Source: Eledone cirrhosa (lineage: Eukaryota). Taken from it: a DNA stretch of 64,000 nucleotides. The stretch spans positions 20,460,001-20,524,000 of the forward strand of contig OZ024754.1 of assembly GCA_964016885.1 (NCBI GenBank). Direction: 5' to 3'. The notes under the pieces are model-generated. The model did not search any database and had not been told where the DNA came from. It was given only the letters and a program-made list of their open reading frames with translations. Shown one piece after another: positions 1-17,833 of the stretch; within the stretch, counting starts at the first letter, position 1, and each line of letters begins with the position of its first letter. Both the position numbers and the translations under genes were made by a program.

Positions 1-5145
<5,145 letters not shown>

Positions 5146-5529
5146 CACGCACAGGAGTGCCTCTGGTGTTTTTCAGCTTAGTGTGAAAATACAATAGTTA
5201 AAAATACTTCGAAAGCCACCTTGAAATTTTTATACTAGTTTTTCCATTAAAAAAAAATTAAACTCTATGCTTGTATACACATACATATACTGACATATAC
5301 ACATTATATATACTGACATACACACACACACACTGACATATAACACATGTTCACACACACGCATCATTTATAGTATTCCTCCATCTTAGCACTCTGTATT
5401 GTATTTTGTTGTAATTTCTTTGGTTGACATATAACATTTTCACTTTCATTTTGTGGAAGATATATCAGATATTACCCCCCCCCCCCGCCTTCTCGTCTTC
5501 GTCTTAATCATTTTAGTTATTTCAGACTA

Positions 5530-5731
5530 ACCTTTAACACTCTTACTATAATAGCGAAGGGGTGATGAATACACACACACATTCATTTTATTAAGGGGCT
5601 AAATATCAGTGTCACCAGACAAGACAATGTTCTTGTCTGATGACCCTGTGATAAACTGTCGAAACTCCAATAATATTAAATATTAAAACTCTACTTCGGT
5701 ATTGAGTACTCTTTTTTCTCAGCCGTCAACT
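5530..5731 (+). mobile_element. Probable Penelope-like element terminal remnant with a degenerate hammerhead-like core
   Basis: CTGATGA (5637-5643) followed by GAAAC (5661-5665), then AACTCTACTTCGGTATTGAGTACTC, flanked by (CA)n. Family assignment is inferred from the motif arrangement only. Confidence 0.35.
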
Positions 5732-6656
5732 ACACACACACACATATATATATATGTGTGTGTGTGTGTGTGTATACTGCCTTGTTAAAGGAAAGTAGCT
5801 TTTTGTCTTGGAATTCTCTAAAAATTCTTCTTCTCTCGGAAATCTTTCTTCTCTGTGGATATGTTTACTGATCTGCTAAAATGATGTAATTCTGTGTTTA
5901 ATGCGGAGGAGGAGAGCAACAGAGATGTGTTGGTGCTTTTGTCATATTACATTATGCAGCATATTAACTAACCCTTTTTCTCCCTCACGTATTCTGCTTT
6001 TATGGAGGAGAATCGCTTATTTATTTATCTATTATATTTACTGTGTGTGTGTGTGTATGTATGCTTGAGTTTATGTATATTTTATTAACTAGTACATATT
6101 AATTCCTAAAACGTTAGTGCTCTCGAACTCACTGCTGCAATGGTATATTTATTTTTTCTCCCCTCCTTCTGCCTGTTTAATGATGAGGTTTGCCTTTTGG
6201 AGTTATGACAAGTTCTTGCATAGTCAATTAACGTTTAATTTTTTTTAATAAATATTGTTTATGAAAACCTTTGTCATATGTAAAATACGTTAGCCAGTTT
6301 TTATTTCTTTCTAATTATAAAATGTCGGTATGTTGTTATCCTACAGTGGGAACTATATTACATATGATGCTGCTATTAGCAAATTTTATTCAACTATCTG
6401 TTGGTGTATGAAGTAGGTTGGTTGTTGCTTCAACAGGAAAATGATAATTGTTGTCATAATAGCTCCATATTGACACTGTACTGTGTGTTCTTGTATAATA
6501 TTTTTATAACCTTACATTTGGTATTTCGTATATGGAGGTCTAAAGTTTTCTTGTCGGTAATTTTTAACGGTATACTCGATATCAGTTACGCAACCTTACC
6601 ATTTCTTGTAGCAGGGTGTTTATTAAGAACGCGTCTAAATATTTCAGTAAAGTTTT

Positions 6657-7443
<787 letters not shown>

Positions 7444-8654
7444 AATTATATCGAAAATAATATATATATTCGATTTGGGAATGGTTTCATGCATGACATT
7501 ATGTGTTAAGTATATGCTATTGCTAGTATTTGTTAGAAAACAATTATTCCGCTGTAAAATTATATAGTTCTAACAATCCGAGTAATTAATATGTCTAGCT
7601 TGTACTATATTTTAGAATCTAATAGGAACCTAAATAGGTAGAAATTACGAAACATTCATCTCTCGATCGTGGATTTTTGACAGTTAAACACACTTACATC
7701 GTCTGAAGAGAAGAAATAAGGTTGTTTTTTTAATTTTTTAATTTTTTATAGAATTTAAATAAATAATGCCATGTTTATATATATATTTAAGTTCTTTCGT
7801 CTGAGTTCCATGGAATATCAGTTTCTAGCTGACATTGATTCTGTTGTATATTTTTCTTCTTCCTCGCTGTATTCATTTCTGATAATCTGAAATGGATTTT
7901 AAACAATCTTAAATATAAAATGATCTAAAATGATCAGTACAAGTCTTTATAATATTTTATGATTTTAATCACACAGTAGTACTTTCTCTCGATTGAGAAT
8001 GGTTTCCTTTTGTTTTTCTTTCTTTTTCTTTATTATTTTTTTTTTTTTTTTAAATAAATTAATTAGCAAATATTAATTTATATTTAGAAACCTCCACATG
8101 CATCTCTCGAGTCCTATTTTTTTTAGTAGCTCGATAATTTATATTTTATCTATAACGGCATCTTGTAAGATGTATTTATTCTATATTTGTGATTCTCTTT
8201 TGATATTTGGCCTGATTATCAAGGAACTATGTCTGACCTCCAAATAGATATGAAGAAAACATTAGTTCTCATCGTGTCTTGGAGGTTTTAAATTCTTCGA
8301 CCAATGACGGCTCCATGGAATGTAAATATTTCTCGAATGTGGGTTTTACATATCGACTTGCAAACGTTTTTTTTTTTACAAGTCGTTCATTGTTTGTTTT
8401 AACATAAATAAAATTAACTTCAACATTCAAGGTAACATTTTTTTCTCAATTTTTAATTTGGATCTGCTCTATATTTGTTTCAAAAGCTAATCCTTATATA
8501 TTTTCTCAGGAATTAAAATTAATCCATGTTTTTCAATCCCAGGGCTACATATCTCCATTTAACACAGTATATTTTAGCCAAGATGGATTGATCATTTTTC
8601 ACCTCGTAGTCTAAGGTTTTCTTCACTATAAGGTTATATGTATCATCATTCTTC

Positions 8655-8715
8655 TTTCATTTACTCTTTTCCTTGTTCTAGCTCATTGGGCTGTGGTCAT
8701 GCTGGGGCACCACTA
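8655..8715 (-). mobile_element. SINE/LINE 3' tail remnant related to the 3' end of the CR1-type LINE at 31018-31074
   Basis: TACTCTTTTCCTTG...GTCATGCTGGGGCACCAC resembles the reverse complement of GGTGCCCCAGCATGG...GTAAAAGAGTA. Confidence 0.6.
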
Positions 8716-10446
8716 TTGTGTGTAAAAAAATCAGTTGTCAAAATATAAAGCCACAGAGAAGCTTGGTTATGCAATTTTCTTCAAAATATGTTTTACATTA
8801 GTCAATTAAAGCCATATTATAAAATCGAGTTACTAAATCAACAATTCAGGGTTCTTTTTTATTGATCTTTCTCAATATTTAATAGATTATCAGTTCATGT
8901 TGTTTTTTCTATTTTATCAGTGATATTTAAAATGCTGGACAGGGAAATTTTCGTGGTTACTGATCTGCAGATAATGTAATATATCTTATTTAGGGACTAT
9001 TTTGCTATATTAATTTTTAATTCCAACATATCACTTTTATATAATATTCCAAGAGTTTTATGAAAAATAATTCAATATTTTAAAACAGAAAACTACCAGT
9101 TTAACTTGCTTAACAGGTGGTCCTCATTGAAGCCTTTTTTGTGGTCTTTAAAAAACCTCAGAGTTGCTACAGATTTTAGGTGAAGGTAACAAAATAAATG
9201 CTGTGTAACTTCTTTTGTTGCTATACTGAGATGGCTCCCTTTTAGTATAATTTGTGTTTTGAAGCAGCCCTTTCAATTAAGAACAATTTTTACTTTGATA
9301 TTAGTTAATATTTTCAGCATCAATTGGTGTGAACTAGTGAATGAAGATAAATGAAAATGGTGTTAACTTCCCACACATTTCTGGCGAAATATTCTACTAA
9401 AATTTTAAGTTCCTTTTTTGATACCAGTGAGGGTTCATCTAGTAATACTAGTTTCTCCTCTTTCCATTCTTCAACTCTTAATATCTTGTTTTAACAGAAA
9501 ATGTCTAAAAGGGGATTTCATTATTCACATTCATAGTGGACAGATCATTGTAAAAAATTTGCAAAGACTTCAGTTTTTAATGTGATGCAATCATAGTGGT
9601 GTTTTGTATTTTTCAAAGATTATCTTGCTAATGCAGATTCATGTGGTACAGGATGTTAAGAGTTCAATGTTGAGAAACATGTTAGGGAACTTTACTGCAC
9701 ATTTTGTAGATAATCGACTGTGGAATTTCTTCTGGAACATTAACATGGTCTAAAGTGATTGTAAATTTGGGAACATATTCTGGGACAAATATTGCAGACA
9801 TGTTTGTTTTGTAAGGCATACATAAAAACCCAAACATTAAGTTCTTGAAGTTCATTTGTGGAAATTTTTCTTTTCTACTTTGACTTCAAGATAAATATCA
9901 TTGATGCTAAGGTAAGTTGAAGGGATCAGTAATATTGATTTTAGATGCATCATCATCATTGATTTTACATCAGTTTTTCCATGTTTGCATAGGTTGGATA
10001 AAATCTCTTTATTGGCAAGTTTTCTATGGTCACATGTTCTTCCTGATACCAACTCATACCTTATTCTAAGTATGGTATGAGCCACAAATATTTATCAGAC
10101 CATAAACACTGCCAAATGTATTATGAGCAACATAAAGAATTTTTACTGTATGCTTTTATAATAGTGTCAATGAGTTCCTTAGATTGGGAATTATAAACCT
10201 TCCAGCTTCAAACTCTACATTTGTAAACTGCCTATTTACAACATAAATTCAAGGAAAGCGAATGTTTTTTTTTGAATAGGGGTTTTCTTAATATTTCTAA
10301 TATTGTTGAAACTCAAAGAACATTTAGCATAGCTCAGGTGAATAATAATAATCAGACCACCAATGTTGTAACAATCTCTGTAAAAACTGTTCAAGATAAA
10401 GCCATTGAGTGCAACTAACATACATTATTTTTTGAGGATTATTATT

Positions 10447-10597
10447 AGGAGATAGAGGTGAATTGGCAGTCGTTAGAATACTTTGCAGTATTTGTTCCAA
10501 CTCTCTGCTCTCTGAGTTCAAATCCTGCTAAAGTCAACTTTGCTTTTCATCCATTTTAAGGTTGATAAAAAAGTACCAGTCTAGTACTGGGGTCAAT
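10447..10597 (+). mobile_element. tRNA-type SINE with Nin/Deu-like core (diverged)
   Basis: B-box-like GAGTTCAAATCC, core GTCAACTTTGCTTTTCATCC...GTTGATAAAA..GTACCAG. Same family as the copies at 19421, 41753 and 43528. Confidence 0.75.
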
Positions 10598-10839
10598 TCT
10601 TCCTCTATATCTCTTTCTCACACTCTCTCTCTATCATTCTCTGGAAGAAATCTGCTGTATTTAGACCTGGAGAGGATTGGGCTCCACCAAGTTTTAAAAT
10701 GCCCTAGAAAAGCCATATGTCAATAATGCGCTCCTGTGACTCCCTCGGGAGTTATGGGTCCATACATACATTAGTAAATATTTGGAAGTCTTAATATTTA
10801 GCTAAGCACTTTGGACTATTTTACAAATCCAGCTGTAAA

Positions 10840-10962
10840 AAAAACCTGCCAGAGACACTTCCGTACGAGCGAGACACGGTCTCCCGACCATTCCCACATC
10901 AAATGGGACAAAACCGTCTAACCCATGCTAGCCTGAAAGATGACATTAAATGATGATGATGA
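10840..10962 (+). mobile_element. Short 3'-terminal fragment of an RTE-clade LINE
   Basis: GAGCGAGACACGGTC...AAATGGGACAAAACCGTCTAACCCATGCTAGC...(GAT)n matches 17739-17833, the 3' end of the RTE at 16855. Confidence 0.75.
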
Positions 10963-11084
10963 AATATACACTATTTGTTGAGTCTTCTCAATAATTTCAT
11001 AGTTTGAACAAGCCATGTGTATTGAATGGCAAACAACCTAGTATAAAAACATATTGGATTTTTTGTGTTAGTAAATATTGACCA

Positions 11085-11238
11085 AGACAGTGAATTGACC
11101 GTTGTTAGAACATCAGAATGATTTACGGTATTCATTCCGGTTCTCTACTCTTGAGTTCACATCATGCTAAGGTCCACTTTGCCTTTTATCCTTTCAAGGT
11201 CAATATATAAAAAAGTACCAGTGTAGTACTAAGGTTAA
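11085..11238 (+). mobile_element. tRNA-type SINE with Nin/Deu-like core (diverged)
   Basis: GAGTTCACATC...GGTCCACTTTGCCTTTTATCCTTTCAAGGTCAATA...AAGTACCAG. Confidence 0.7.
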
Positions 11239-11439
11239 TTCTTCCCCTGTATTTCTTTCTCACTTCCTCTCAATTGGTCTTTCTCTTTCTCTGGAAGAAA
11301 TCAGCTGTATTTAGCCCGCACCCAGGACATTATGACACTTGTATGACTCCATGTGTTATGGGTTCACACATACAAATGTTGAATACCACGTTTATGGCCC
11401 ATAATAACTCTAGCATTATCACTTGAATAAATCTATCGG

Positions 11440-12387
11440 ATTCTTTTGCTGTTCTCAACCCACTCCTGTTTATCATAGTTCTCCAGGCCATAACAGAAGA
11501 GTTCAAGATTGACTGTTCTTGGGAATTTCTGTATGCTGATCCGGTTCTTATAACCGAATCTGTGGAAGAGCTAGAGGATAAATTCCAGCTGTGGAAATAG
11601 AACTTAGGCTCAGGAAAGAAAACAGGACCCTGATCTCATCAGGGAAGTGACCTTGCTTGATATATAGAAAAGGAGTAGGTAGAAACACTATACAATGTAT
11701 ATCCTGGGTACAAAGCAATGTAGAGGGATAGGAGGTTGACTTTATATGTAGCAGATAATCAAGAGATAGTCGGTAGTAAGTGTATTAGTGAAATAAACAT
11801 TTTTGAATCCCAGCTTCTGCTACGTAGGTAACCTAATTAACAGTGAGAAGAACTTACTCTAAGAGCATAGTAGCTAAAATAAAAATAGGATGGTAAAAGT
11901 TCCAGGAGCTACTACCTCCATTGACAACAAAAGGTCTCCCTTTACAAATGAAAGGCTGGCTGTATGAGGCCTGTGTGTGATGTGATGCTGCATGGTAGTG
12001 AGGCATGGGCAATGAAGGCTGAAGAGAAATGAAGCAAGCATGTTTCAGTGGATGTGCAATGTTAATATACACGAATGACAAAGTATGAATGAACTGAGAG
12101 AAAAACTGGGTATAAGAGGAATCAGATGTGTGCAAGAGAAAAGACTGTGCTGGTATTGACATGTGATGCATATGGATGATGATTATTGAATGAAGAAGTG
12201 CCAAGAATTCCTAGTGGAAGGAAACTGCAGTAGAGAGAGACTCAGGAAGACATGAAAGGAGGTGGTGAGAGCTGATCTTGATGCTCACAGAGATGAGGAA
12301 GGAATACAGTGAGTGGAAAGATACTGAGCTGAGAAAGAACTTTCCAATCCATGCAAGCATGGAAAAGTTGGTTAAAATGATGATGAT
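11440..12387 (+). mobile_element. Degraded RTE-clade LINE, RT C-terminal region to 3' tail
   Basis: Translates piecewise as VLNPLLFIIVLQAITEEFKIDCSWEFLYAD (RT motifs), then remnants homologous to the 16855 copy. Many stops and frameshifts. Ends CCATGCAAGCATGGAAAAG...(GAT)n. Confidence 0.85.
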
Positions 12388-13206
12388 TTAAAAATTATAG
12401 GCTGTGTATTTCATTAGAAATCTGGTCATAAAAGGGTTAAATGTAATAATGTCAGTTGTTTCATCTATAATTGGAGAAAATGTTCTTTGCTCTTAAGAAT
12501 TAAGATAGTTTAAATAAGTTGCAACTGTAATATTTTAGTTTTCACACATTTCATGTCTTTAGTAATATTGGAATAAGGTCAGACATTTCTACATGATGGA
12601 CCAGTGTTACTCTAGGTAAATCATATTTTCCAATAATTGTCTATATTTTTGTTCTGTTGCTACTTGAGCTGCCTGAAGGGAAGAGGGATGTCTGTATAAA
12701 ATTCTTCACATCTGTCATCGTTAGTTTTACATCTATTTGCCCCGGCTGGGTTGGACAAGACTTTTCAAGCAGTCTATGGCTCAATGGTCTTATGCCAAAC
12801 CTCACTTATTTTTGTTTTTTTTAAAATTAACTTATGAATTGTTTGCTTGTCTAATTTCTGAGCAACTAGACCTGTTTCCATGGAAACAAACAAATATCAC
12901 TACATGTGCTAGAAGGCAAAGAGAAAATGCACACACACCAAAACACACACACATACACATCAGGGTTTGTACAATTTCCATCTACCAAATTCATTGAAAG
13001 TATTGGTCAGCCCTGGACTATGTTAGAAGAAACTTGTTCAAGGCATCACAGATTTTGTTTTTGAAAGTTATTTTAAAAAAAATGCTTTTGTATCTTAACC
13101 ATAGCTTTCTAGATGTGACTCCCACCTTATACTCGTTGCCATCACTAACTTGCACTCGTCATCACTGTCAGAGTTTTGGTCTTCACTTCATTTTCATTCC
13201 ATTATG

Positions 13207-13302
13207 AAGGCATGTGATCTTGTGGTTAGAGTGTTAGTCTCAGGACCACCAGGTCGTAGCTTTGATTCATTGTGTTCTTGAGCAAAACGCTTCATTTCAC
13301 GT
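13207..13302 (+). mobile_element. tRNA-derived SINE head (partial)
   Basis: GGCATGTG...GTGGTTAGAGTGTT...GTGTTCTTGAGCAAAACGCTTCATTTCAC resembles the reverse complement of 14205-14315. Confidence 0.6.
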
Positions 13303-13989
13303 TCCTTTTCATGATAGGACATTACAAGAGAACAATGCAATAGTGGTATATTAGTTTAATGCTTTGTAGAGTTGGAAAAGTGCCTTAACATTTTGTCCTT
13401 CATTGGAAGAGAGAAAAAAGAATGTTTGGGAGAGAGAGAGAGAAGAAAAGATAGGCAAGAGGGAAAAAAAATGAGATGAGAAAGCATGTTATTGTTAGTC
13501 AGCCATTTCAGAAAAGGAAATTTGAAATTTGTGTGCATTTGTATATCTGTATGTATAAGTGTCCCCCCATGTGTATCTAAGTATTTATAGATGTATTTTA
13601 TTTTGAGTTTCCTCAAGATGTTTTTCAACCACTTAGAAAATCGGAAGAATTATTAGATTGACATCAAATTTCCTAATTCATATACATTATGTCATTCCTG
13701 TTGGAATTCTTTGTCAACTCTTCATTTAAGATGTTTCCTCCCTTCGGACCTTAAATCCTAATATGAACATAAGTGTTTCTTGGCCATTTTAAAACCTAGT
13801 GGAGCCCATCCCTCTCCTGCTGTGACCATCATCATTTCACTTAGAATTATATTAGATACAAGCATGGTTATGTGGTTAAGAAGTTTGCATTGCAATCATG
13901 AGATTTCTGGCTTAAATAAAAAATAAAGTCTTGTCCATGCTATGCTAGGAAAAGTGGCTGTAAAAACTGGTGATCATTATGTTTATGAC

Positions 13990-14318
13990 TCTAACTGGCA
14001 CTCCGTCGGTTATGACAATGAGTGTTCCAGTTGATCTGATCAATGGAACAGCCTGCTCATGAAATTAACGTGCAAGTGGCTGAGCATTCTGCAGACACAT
14101 GTATCCTTAACATAGTTCTCAGGGAGATTCAGCGTGCCGCAGAATGGGACAAGGCTGGCCATTCGAACTACAGGTACAACTCATTTTTGCCAGTTGAGTG
14201 GACTGGAGCAATGAGAAATAAAGTGTCTTGCTCAAGGATACAATGCGCCGTAGGAAATCAAACTCACAACCTTTCAATTTTAAGTCGAATACCCTAACCA
14301 CAAAGTCATGTGCCATCA
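13990..14318 (-). mobile_element. Near full-length tRNA-derived SINE (second family)
   Basis: On the minus strand: A-box-like GTGGTTAGGG, B-box-like GAGTTTGATT, body TCCTTGAGCAAGACACTTTATTTC...CTCCAGTCCACTCAACTGG. Homologous partial copies at 13207, 14605 and 16495. Confidence 0.75.
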
Positions 14319-14604
14319 CTATATGACTATATGAGAAGGTATTTAACTCAACTACATTGCAGTTGGTAAACTACCTCTTCTTCCCCATAATTAATGGAAT
14401 CATTGAACTATAATGATTACGAACTCTCAGTTCACAATTTTGTTATTATAATTCACCTATATAAGTTTAGCTGGCCTCATAAGATGTTGCATCTCATAGG
14501 AGGTTTCTCAGGTGTTTTAATATGATAGGGGCCCAGTCCTATCATAAATAGATTTCTTAGGGGCAGAATGCTAAGTTTTTATTAGGGTTAAACCCCCATG
14601 TGCT

Positions 14605-14745
14605 GCTGCTACTCATTTTTTTCAACTGAGTAGTCTGGAGCAACATGAAATAATGTATCTTGCTTGAGAATACCTGTCACCCAATCCAGAAATCAACCCC
14701 ACAATCTTATGGTCATGAGTCCAACACCTAACCACTAGGTCACAC
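14605..14745 (-). mobile_element. Partial tRNA-derived SINE (same family as 13990-14318)
   Basis: ACTCATTTT..CAACTGAGTAGTCTGGAGCAACATGAAAT..TCTTGCTTGAG..CCTAACCACTAGG parallels 14179-14310. Confidence 0.7.
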
Positions 14746-15259
14746 CACCCGCCATCAGTGTAATTGCTTTGATGTCTTCTGATATTTCTGTTGGAAGTTT
14801 CAAACAATTTTGCTACACACTGTAATGTTGAATGTGCAATGATTTTTAGTTGTGTTTAAAATTCTATTTTTTAAATAGCTTAAGCTTGATTATCTTAAGT
14901 ATATCTAGACTTTGATTTTGGTATCAAAGATTCACCTTTGGATTTTGTATGGTAATCATACTTAGACTTGATCTTTCAAGTTTATCAGATTTATTAGTTA
15001 ATAATTTTAAAGATTTTAGTACAAATTGCTGATTAATTATTTTACTTAGGTTTTTGTGATTTGTTGTTTTCTTTTAAACAAAAATATTTGTGCAAATCAT
15101 CATTTCATGTAATGATACTTGGCTTACAAAATATATTCTAGGGTATAGGAAAATAACTCAGGAGATCACTCCATGTTATGTGTGTATGTATGTGTGTATA
15201 TGGTAGTCAACTGAGGATATATACATTGTTGTTTTTACCGAGAATAAGTGACATAGTCT

Positions 15260-15545
15260 CTATTGTGTAGTGGATCAGTTCTATAGCAGTGTTATGTAGG
15301 TCAGTTCTATAGCAGTGTTGTGTAAGTCAGTTCTATAGCAGTCCTATTGTGCAGGTCAGTTCAATAGCAATCCTATTGTGTAGGTCAGTTCTATGACAGT
15401 CATATTGTGTAGGTCAGGTTTATAGCAGTGTTATTGTGTAGTGGATCAGTTCTATAGCACCCCTATTGTGTAGATCAGGTCTATAGCAGCCCTATTGGTA
15501 GATCAGGTCTATAGCAGTTTGTGTAGGTCAGTTCTATAGCAATCT
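15260..15545. repeat. Diverged ~27-32 bp minisatellite (consensus ~TATTGTGTAGGTCAGTTCTATAGCAGTCC), about 10 copies
   Basis: Recurrent GTCAGTTCTATAGCA / GATCAGGTCTATAGCA at roughly 28-bp spacing. Confidence 0.9.
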
Positions 15546-15584
15546 TATTACAGGTGACAGAAAAATGTGATAGAAGCAGTAGAT

Positions 15585-15700
15585 GGATGTTTGGTAAGTT
15601 CCTCCTAATTGGTGATTGTTGCACCAATGTGGAACACTTAATAAATTTTGTTACTGTGAATCAGTTGATGATTGTCAACACCTGGTCCAAACATCCCTGG
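15585..15700 (+). mobile_element. Remnant of a LINE AP-endonuclease domain (RTE-type)
   Basis: FGKFLLIGDCCTNVEHLINFVTVNQLMIVNTWSKHP resembles the RTE endonuclease segment GxFGxGxxNxNGExLxxFxxxNxLxIxNTWFxHP. Confidence 0.6.
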
Positions 15701-16003
15701 TTGTCAACACCTGGTCCAAACATCCCTGGTTGTCAACACCTGGTCCAAACATCCCTGGTTGTCAACACCTGGTCCAAACATCCCTGGTTGTCAACACCTG
15801 GTCTAAACATCCCTGGTTGTCAACACCTGGTCCAAACATCCCTGGTTGTCAACACCTGGTCCAAACATCCCTGGTTGTCAACACCTGGTCCAAACATCCC
15901 TGGTTGTCAACACCTGGTCCAAACATCCCTGGTTGTCAACACCTGGTCCAAACATCCCTGGTTGTCAACACCTGGTCCAAACATCCCTGGTTGTCAACAC
16001 CTG
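15672..16003. repeat. Near-perfect 29-bp tandem repeat TTGTCAACACCTGGTCCAAACATCCCTGG x11.4
   Basis: Head-to-tail units with no spacers. Only one substitution seen (GGTCTAAAC). Confidence 0.98.
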
Positions 16004-16494
16004 TATAAAAACAACACTGAAAGGGAAAACATTTAAATTCAATAAGCTATACAATAAAAGGATACTGCCATTGGTGTTGGTGTTCCTGCTAACATAGCCA
16101 ACCTCTTTGTTATAATGGGAGAGATGACATAATACTTAGCAGTAAAATCCATAACTATTATGTACTCTCATCACCATCACTGTATTTTCCATGCTCACAT
16201 ACATACCTAGGCTGTCATGTACTGAGGCTTGACTGGCCAGTTGACTACATCTTACTATCATATACTCCATTTAGGTTTAATTTCTGTGGGTGGTTAAATT
16301 TCCTAATATTAACCACTTTACAGCATTACTGGGAGTGTTTTATCATGACTTTGGTACTACCACCTTACAGAGGGAAAAGTGCTTTTTGTCATGGCACCAG
16401 CACTACCACAGTGTGGACAATGTAGATAATGTTAAATCAACTCCACCATACAATACCCAGGAATTAAGACAGCATTTAGCACATAGGTAGACTT

Positions 16495-16620
16495 CAGGTA
16501 GAAGGAGCTACGTGAAATAAAGTGTCTTGCTTAAGGACATAACATATCGCCCGGCCCAGGAATCGAACTTGCAACCTCAAGATTGTGAATCCAATTCTCT
16601 AACCACTCAGCCACATGCCT
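16495..16620 (-). mobile_element. Partial tRNA-derived SINE
   Basis: GTGAAATAAAGTGTCTTGCTTAAGGACATAAC...GGAATCGAACT...CTAACCACTCAGCCACATGCC, with A- and B-box-like motifs on the minus strand. Confidence 0.75.
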
Positions 16621-16854
16621 TCTACCTGGAGTTGCGAGCGATAGATAGTACTAGCAACTGGAAAGACTGATGAAAACATTGTTTCCTCGGTCCGATTTGA
16701 CGATGATCCTTTTTTTTTTTTAGCACATAGCTAACTCCATCTACCAGAGTATCGCAGTGACAATTGACTGTCTAAGCATCTCAATAGTAGACACTGTCTA
16801 TTCTAGATACAGAATTCTGGCTATAAGTCAAAGATAACCAATTACAACTCCCAT

Positions 16855-17833
16855 CAGTAGTGAGGGAGGGTGTTCTGAAAGCACAGTAACCAGAGTGAGA
16901 TTGGGTTGGAGAAAATTCTGGGAGCTATTACCGTTACTAACTACAAAAAGATTTTCTCTCAAAATGAAAGGCAGACTGTATGATGCATGTATACGAACAA
17001 CAACGTTACACGGCAGCGAGACCTGGGCAATGTGTGTGGAGGACCTGCAAAGATTGGAAAGAAATGAAGCCTCCATGCTTCACTGGATGTGTAATAGCAA
17101 TCAATATATGTGAACGGCAAAGTATAAATACACTGCATGAGAAATTAGGTTTAAGAGGGATCAGTTGTTGCATGCAGGAGAGGAGATTGCGTTGGTATGG
17201 ACATGTGATGTGTATGAAGGATGACAGCTGTATAATAAGGTGCAGAGTGCTCAAGGTCGATGGTAGCCGCGGTGTGGGCAGGTCTAGGAAGACTTGGGAT
17301 GAGGTAATAAAAGCTCACCTTGCACAATTACACCTCTCAAAGGCAATGAGTCAAGACTGCAACCTCTAGTGCTATGCAGTTTTACGGAAGACCCGTCCTA
17401 TTATTCTCGGGATGAGGCTTATACCTAGTAGGCAACACCTTCCTCAACCTTCTCCCTTCTCATTCACCTCCCTTAGCAGTAACCATCCCTCCCCTACTAC
17501 CATGTTCACATTTTTTCCTCTAAGCTCCTCCACCATCCCTAGTCCCAAGACTAAAGTGCCCAGGCCCCACTGTAAAGTGGTTGTGTTGGTGACATGACAA
17601 AGGTGCCTAGTCTACTCTGTAAGGAACATCCAGCCCACACTGTAAAGTGATCGTGTAGGTGTCGCGACAAAAAGCACCCAGCACACACTGTAAATGTGAT
17701 TGCCGTTAGGAAGGGCATCCAGCCAGAATCTTCTATATGAGCGAGACATGGTCACCAGACCCAACTTGCTTCTAAATGGGACAAACCCGTCTAACCCATG
17801 CTAGCGTGGAAGATAGACATTAATCGATGATGA
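16855..17833 (+). mobile_element. 5'-truncated RTE-clade LINE (ORF C-terminus, 3' UTR and (GAT)n tail), frameshifted
   Basis: RVRLGWRKFWELLPLL...LYDACIRTTTLHGSETW...; ERRLRWYGHVM...GRSRKTWDEVI are typical RTE C-terminal motifs. Tail CCGTCTAACCCATGCTAGCGTGGAAG...GATGATGAT. Confidence 0.9.

Noticed and set aside
15672-16003. CRISPR-like 29-bp direct repeats
   Set aside because: No spacers; a simple tandem array.
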